In this document: in pieces, positions 38,706 through 42,816 of the stretch
How the letters are laid out: the number at the start of each line of letters is the position of its first letter
Numbering within the stretch: the stretch's first letter is position 1
From: a virus
Reading direction: 5' to 3' (one strand)
Length of the DNA stretch: 42,816 nucleotides
IMG/VR virus record: IMGVR_UViG_3300045988_147588
Location: 1 to 42,816 of that record
The notes under the pieces: model-generated
Told to the model about the DNA's origin: nothing
What the model saw: the letters and a program-made list of their open reading frames with translations, nothing else
The model's database searches: none
Translations under genes and position numbers: made by a program

Positions 38706-39945
38706 CGTTTTGTTCTCCTCCACCGCTAGTTTGTACATGTTTTTCAGGGTCGTTGACATAATTACCAATAACCGCATAGTTCTGTGTAATCCAATGAATG
38801 TCACCAATTTCTGGATTAATCTTGTTTTCACCAAGTTCTTTTCTAACTTCATTAATCGTATAGACACCAGAAGAAATGATTTTATTAATTGGATTTGAAA
38901 TGGAAATCAAGTCATAGTTACGTGCCTGCTTTGTATCGAGCTTGCACTTTGTTCCTTTCATCACATCGTCTTTTCCATACCACTTTCGATTAAATGCCTG
39001 GGTAATTAGTTCAGCGATTGGATTTAAACAGAACATTAAGAATGGATCAATATCTTCTGTTTCAAATTCACCTAACATAACTGATTTAGGAATATTAAAA
39101 GCAAGTCCTACTTTAGTTATCGTTTCATCAATTTGCGTATCTACAGATTTATTGGCAACAGAAGCGTTCTGTCCTAAATCCGCACCAGCACTTGTCTGGT
39201 CCAATTTCATTCCAGAATATAAAGGTAATACTGCATTTTCACCTTTCATGAATTTTGCAAATTGAACATCTAGAATATCTTGTAAATCAGCTTCAAAGTT
39301 CGGATTATTTTCTGCTGTGCTATCCATTGATAGAACATACTTCATTCTGTATGAACCAGCTTTTTCAGCATTCACAATAAGTTGATAGTATGTATTTTGC
39401 ATAGCATTGAAGATTTGATTCAATTCATTGTTTGTATATTTTATATAAATTGCTTTTTTACCAGAATAAGTTCCTTTTAATGCATATGTACTATCACCAT
39501 AAGGATTGATTGTTACATTATTAAACGATGTTTCTAATACAACAAAGTTACCTTTTTGAAAGCTTTCCGCAATATACATAGCTTGCTTTTTGCCTTTTAC
39601 ATTGTCTAGTACCACTATTAGTGCATCATGTGTTGGACTAAGTATCAGTCTACGAATAAGTTGCTTTCTAAATTCTGCTGCACTTTGATTAGGATTAGGC
39701 TCAATATTTAATAAATAATAGTTTTCTCCTTCAACCTGTTCACCATTGATATATGTTTTAAATTCACATCTAGCTAGTGTAGAACCAATGCGTTCACACG
39801 CTATGCCCAAAGCAAGGTTATACGCCCACAACGAGCTATACATTACTTCTATATCATCTGTCCATGTATTCAGCGATACTTTGGAATTCCCATATTCGTC
39901 TTCTTCTGTAAATAAAAAGTCAACGAAATTTTTAAACATTCCCAT
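38698..39945 (-). CDS. Portal protein (HK97 family, 415 aa)
   Basis: Position between TerL and the protease. Size. Confidence 0.85.
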   Translation of the reverse strand: MGMFKNFVDFLFTEEDEYGNSKVSLNTWTDDIEVMYSSLWAYNLALGIACERIGSTLARCEFKTYINGEQVEGENYYLLNIEPNPNQSAAEFRKQLIRRLILSPTHDALIVVLDNVKGKKQAMYIAESFQKGNFVVLETSFNNVTINPYGDSTYALKGTYSGKKAIYIKYTNNELNQIFNAMQNTYYQLIVNAEKAGSYRMKYVLSMDSTAENNPNFEADLQDILDVQFAKFMKGENAVLPLYSGMKLDQTSAGADLGQNASVANKSVDTQIDETITKVGLAFNIPKSVMLGEFETEDIDPFLMFCLNPIAELITQAFNRKWYGKDDVMKGTKCKLDTKQARNYDLISISNPINKIISSGVYTINEVRKELGENKINPEIGDIHWITQNYAVIGNYVNDPEKHVQTSGGGEQNDD

Positions 39946-39957
39946 GCAAGCTCCTTC

Positions 39958-41661
39958 CTAATAACTTCTAGCAGAGAACAGTCTGCGACTATATGTTTTA
40001 GCTTCTTTTAATTCAGCATATGCAGTCATTGCATGAACGAAAGACATGAATGTATCTGTCTTTCTAGATTTAGCTTCAATCTTTGCATATCCTCTATTTC
40101 CTATATCTGGATTGCCATATCCATTTGCTCTACGGACATATACTTTTGTGTTATTACATGCCCATCTAAAAATTGGATCATCACCACATATCAAATGTTC
40201 TGTATTAAATAGTGATTCAATAATTGGTACGGTCTTAGAAATATCATTCGGTCGTACCATTTTTAAATTTCCATTCATTTTGCTAAATCCAATATCTGAT
40301 AATTCAGATGAAAATAAGCTATATCTAAAATCATCAATACATACCATTTGTATTCTGAACATCGTTTTTAAATCATTGATATAGTTCTGCACATATTTTG
40401 GTGAGATCTCTACGTCATCAACTATAGTTAATAGTCCCATATCAACCCATTTAGGAAACGCTTCAACAACTTTCATTCGTCCCCAGTCTTTGCTAGATGT
40501 ACATACCCATGTATGCGTTAAAGCATAAATAAAACCATCTCTTTTGAAGATGGCTGTTACTGCTTCCATATCTGATGTTTTACTAGTATCAATACCAACA
40601 ACACATTGACATCCTCTTAAATCATCTGGAAGCGGTCTATTTGTTTTTAATATTTGTTCATATTCAGCTACTGCCTTATCCGATGCAATATCAGGTACAT
40701 TCATTCTTTTGCTCATGAATGCTGGTAGTAGTTGATGGTCTTGTTTCCATTTAATGAATTCTTCTTTGATTTCCTGTTCCAAAGAAGGCATATATGGAAG
40801 TGATGGATTTGCTTTTACCCAATTTTTTGGATCCATAACTTCTTTTTTACTATCTAATCTACATAGAAAAGGAAGTGTTGTCATATCTTCACTTGTTCCT
40901 TTCAGTATTTCTTCAGCGTTTCTTAATTCCTCATCCAAAACACCATCTCTCACATCACCATTAGTTGTTACGTAAATGGCACGTGGGTTTTCTTTTTTAC
41001 CTAGACCAGTAGTAAATACGTTGATGTTTGCATGTGATTCATACTGGTGTATTTCATTTAAGATAATACATCCAGAACGAAGACCATCCTTTCCTTTAGG
41101 GTTATTTGTATGACCTTTAATATACCCACCATTAGCAAGTCCACGTATCATTGCTGAGGTCCAATAAAAAGAAGCCTTATTAGCTTCTTTAAATTCAGGT
41201 TTATTTAAAAAGTCAATTGCATCTTTAACAGGTCTCATTGCCTGGTCCTCGTTATTTGCACAAATATCAACATCATATTGCTCAATTGGGTTGTGTCTAC
41301 TTATCATACACAAAGCAAGCCAAGCTATAAAACCGTCTTTTCCTGCACCACGCCCAATCATAATTAAACTGTTTTTCCAGCGCGGCCGGTCATCCGATTT
41401 TTTATAAGTACATAGTAACAAACCACATAAGCATTTTTCCCATGGCATTAAACCTTTTGGGTACATTGCTTCACCTATTGCAATATACGCTTCGTATTGT
41501 TTCTTATTAAAATAACTATCATCTGCTTCATAGGCATTACGCACTAACTTAGCAAATGCATGTAAGTCTTTTCCTGCAAGTGGCTTATCATTTTCGATTG
41601 ATCGTATATATTTAGCTATATCTTTATGCCACAATTCAGGAACTTTTTTAACTTTTACCAA
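39958..41661 (-). CDS. terL: Terminase large subunit (567 aa)
   Basis: Walker A-like MIGRGAGKDG. Size. Position. Confidence 0.9.
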   Translation of the reverse strand: MVKVKKVPELWHKDIAKYIRSIENDKPLAGKDLHAFAKLVRNAYEADDSYFNKKQYEAYIAIGEAMYPKGLMPWEKCLCGLLLCTYKKSDDRPRWKNSLIMIGRGAGKDGFIAWLALCMISRHNPIEQYDVDICANNEDQAMRPVKDAIDFLNKPEFKEANKASFYWTSAMIRGLANGGYIKGHTNNPKGKDGLRSGCIILNEIHQYESHANINVFTTGLGKKENPRAIYVTTNGDVRDGVLDEELRNAEEILKGTSEDMTTLPFLCRLDSKKEVMDPKNWVKANPSLPYMPSLEQEIKEEFIKWKQDHQLLPAFMSKRMNVPDIASDKAVAEYEQILKTNRPLPDDLRGCQCVVGIDTSKTSDMEAVTAIFKRDGFIYALTHTWVCTSSKDWGRMKVVEAFPKWVDMGLLTIVDDVEISPKYVQNYINDLKTMFRIQMVCIDDFRYSLFSSELSDIGFSKMNGNLKMVRPNDISKTVPIIESLFNTEHLICGDDPIFRWACNNTKVYVRRANGYGNPDIGNRGYAKIEAKSRKTDTFMSFVHAMTAYAELKEAKTYSRRLFSARSY

Positions 41662-41990
41662 GCTTTAACGCTTCCTGACAATACGAGCGTTTTTGTCTTT
41701 TCTTCTATAACTGAAGCAGTTTTTAATAATGTAGCATGGTTCTTGTTGTAAGCAGCAATTGCTGGATTGATAATGTTATTTCCTTTAGCATCAACAAGCC
41801 AATAACCATTCTTTTCGATATCTTCCCATAGCTTATCGTTAATCACAGCCATTCTTTGGAAGTCATCTAACATTCTTGAAAGAATTGCATCTTTCGATAA
41901 TTGCTCATCGGCTGAAATGGCTTTTTTATAGTTCTCAAACTTTTCAGCAAAATCCATCTCAGGCGGTTTAACATTAACTTTTCTTGGCAT
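41655..41990 (-). CDS. terS: Terminase small subunit (P27-like, 111 aa)
   Basis: ATG at 41990 after GGAGGA (MPRKVNVKPPEMD...). The track ORF extension overlaps the HNH gene and is rejected. Confidence 0.7.
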   Translation of the reverse strand: MPRKVNVKPPEMDFAEKFENYKKAISADEQLSKDAILSRMLDDFQRMAVINDKLWEDIEKNGYWLVDAKGNNIINPAIAAYNKNHATLLKTASVIEEKTKTLVLSGSVKAW

Positions 41991-42000
41991 AGTATCCTCC

Positions 42001-42378
42001 TTAATCCCATCTTTCTGGGGTAGTGAAGCTATCATCACGGTATAGCTTCGCCTTTTTCTGTTGTTTGTTTCTATGAGTATCTTTGTGTACAAATTCATGG
42101 CATTCAGTACAAAGACTATATAAGTTTCTAACTTTTGTGCCATCACTTTTCTTTACAAACATCTGATATTTATATTCAGGATAATTTGTAACTGGAAAAT
42201 GGTGATGTACTAGTACTGCCTTTGTTCTTTTAACAGGCATGGTTGTATCTGGCATGTACTTTCCTAAGCACCTTTGGCATAATCCTTTGTCATATTTCAT
42301 AACCATTGCACGAACGGTTTTCCATGTTTTACCTTTGTACGGTTTATTTCTTCTTTCTTCCATAATATTTAATGACAC
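42001..42378 (-). CDS. HNH endonuclease (packaging-associated)
   Basis: CQRC...VHHHFPV...CTECHEFVH motifs. The start may be the ATG at 42363. Confidence 0.85.
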   Translation of the reverse strand: MSLNIMEERRNKPYKGKTWKTVRAMVMKYDKGLCQRCLGKYMPDTTMPVKRTKAVLVHHHFPVTNYPEYKYQMFVKKSDGTKVRNLYSLCTECHEFVHKDTHRNKQQKKAKLYRDDSFTTPERWD

Positions 42379-42516
42379 GGTTTAGGTATAGGACTTCCTG
42401 TATCTGTAGTTTCTTGTGGAGGTGATTTGGTCACAAGCATAAAAAAAACGAGCTACCATGCCTAGGACTCGCTTCATTCCCTTTTTGAACACATTAACAC
42501 AATAACACGAAAAAGC

Positions 42517-42650
42517 CTGGAACGCGTTCCAACTTTCAAAAATTATAATTTTTTTTATTTTTTAGGTGCTTTTCGCGCACATGTGCGACCCTGGCAGCTT
42601 TGTCGAGACCCCCACGCCGTTCCCCCCAATATACCCGGGGGTTAGTTGTG
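42517..42650. other. GC-rich island upstream of HNH/terS: cos-site candidate with palindromes
   Basis: TGGAACGCGTTCCA (42517-42530) and CGCACATGTGCG (about 42575-42587) palindromes. C5/C6/G5 runs at 42608-42640. An HNH-TerS-TerL layout is typical of cos phages. Confidence 0.45.
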
Positions 42651-42743
42651 AAAAACATGGTATGGCTCACAATATTTTAATAAGATCGTTTTATTTTTGT
42701 TTTTAGCATAAATAACAAAGAAAGAATAATTATTTTGTTGCTG

Positions 42744-42816
42744 CTTGTGCGCTGCTTGTGCTGCTGCTTGTGCGCTGCTTGTGCTGCTGCTTGTGCGCTG
42801 CTTGTGCTGCTGCTTG
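42744..42816. repeat. Tandem repeat array (same 11/12-nt units as 1-75), cut by the right window edge
   Basis: Units at 42744-42754, 42755-42766, 42767-42777, 42778-42789, 42790-42800, 42801-42812, then a partial CTTG. Confidence 0.9.

Noticed and set aside
38706-38867. N-terminal extension of the protease ORF into the portal gene
   Set aside because: It overlaps the portal 3' end by 170 nt. The ATG at 38705 has a GGAGG upstream and starts just before the ClpP-like core.
41991-42146. N-terminal 52 aa of track ORF 41655..42146 (terS extension overlapping HNH)
   Set aside because: The extension overlaps the HNH gene out of frame. A GGAGGA-ATG start at 41990 gives a P27-size small terminase.
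1-42816. Search for a reverse transcriptase (DGR or retron), Cas genes or transposases
   Set aside because: No ORF shows YxDD-type reverse-transcriptase motifs, Cas signatures or DDE/IS features. No template/variable repeat pair was seen near the tail-fibre region.

Overview
The window reads as a complete, AT-rich temperate siphovirus-type phage genome of about 42.8 kb with Firmicutes-style signals (GGAGG ribosome-binding sites, DnaD/DnaC-type replication genes, Dp-1-type holin, XkdX-like gene). Both window ends carry the same 23-bp-period tandem repeat, so the sequence is circular/permuted or terminally redundant.

Layout:
- 100-3423 (+): array of about 10 small early or accessory genes.
- 17000 -> 3500 (-): early/replication operon. 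It runs Cro-like, Xis-like, RHH, short tyrosine recombinase, DnaD-like organizer, DnaC-like loader, many small ORFs including a 3-member paralog family, MazG, DUF3310, two methyltransferases, a sigma-region-4-like protein, a Zn-ribbon/DUF4145 protein and a YjcQ-like protein.
- 17096-19190 (+): lysogeny genes (CI-like repressor, integrase, MazE-like antitoxin).
- 19225-20143 (-): Panacea-domain antitoxin plus a MazF-like toxin candidate.
- About 20230-20456: attP candidate.
- 42378 -> 22648 (-): late operon. It runs HNH, TerS, TerL, portal, ClpP-like protease, HK97-type capsid, neck genes, major tail protein, frameshifted chaperone, 1552-aa tape measure, Dit, baseplate genes, three small paralogs, lysin, holin and an HTH protein.
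- 22510 -> 20460 (-): separately promoted 5-gene cargo cluster.

Most interesting non-standard signals:
1. Eight same-orientation copies of a two-block element, GAAATCCTAC-N14-AGGTATAT.
2. Three G7-G8 homopolymer tracts on the coding strand. One splits a C5-methyltransferase-like gene and two sit in tandem tail-distal paralogs.
3. A duplicated convergent gene pair with an identical 26-nt 3' overlap, flanking the replication module.
4. A duplicated ~125-bp leader built from TGCAACA palindromes.
5. An unusual toxin-antitoxin arrangement next to the integrase.
6. A Cys-triplet / C1q-like cargo cluster with phased upstream repeats.

All functional calls come from motif recognition by eye; no database search was run.
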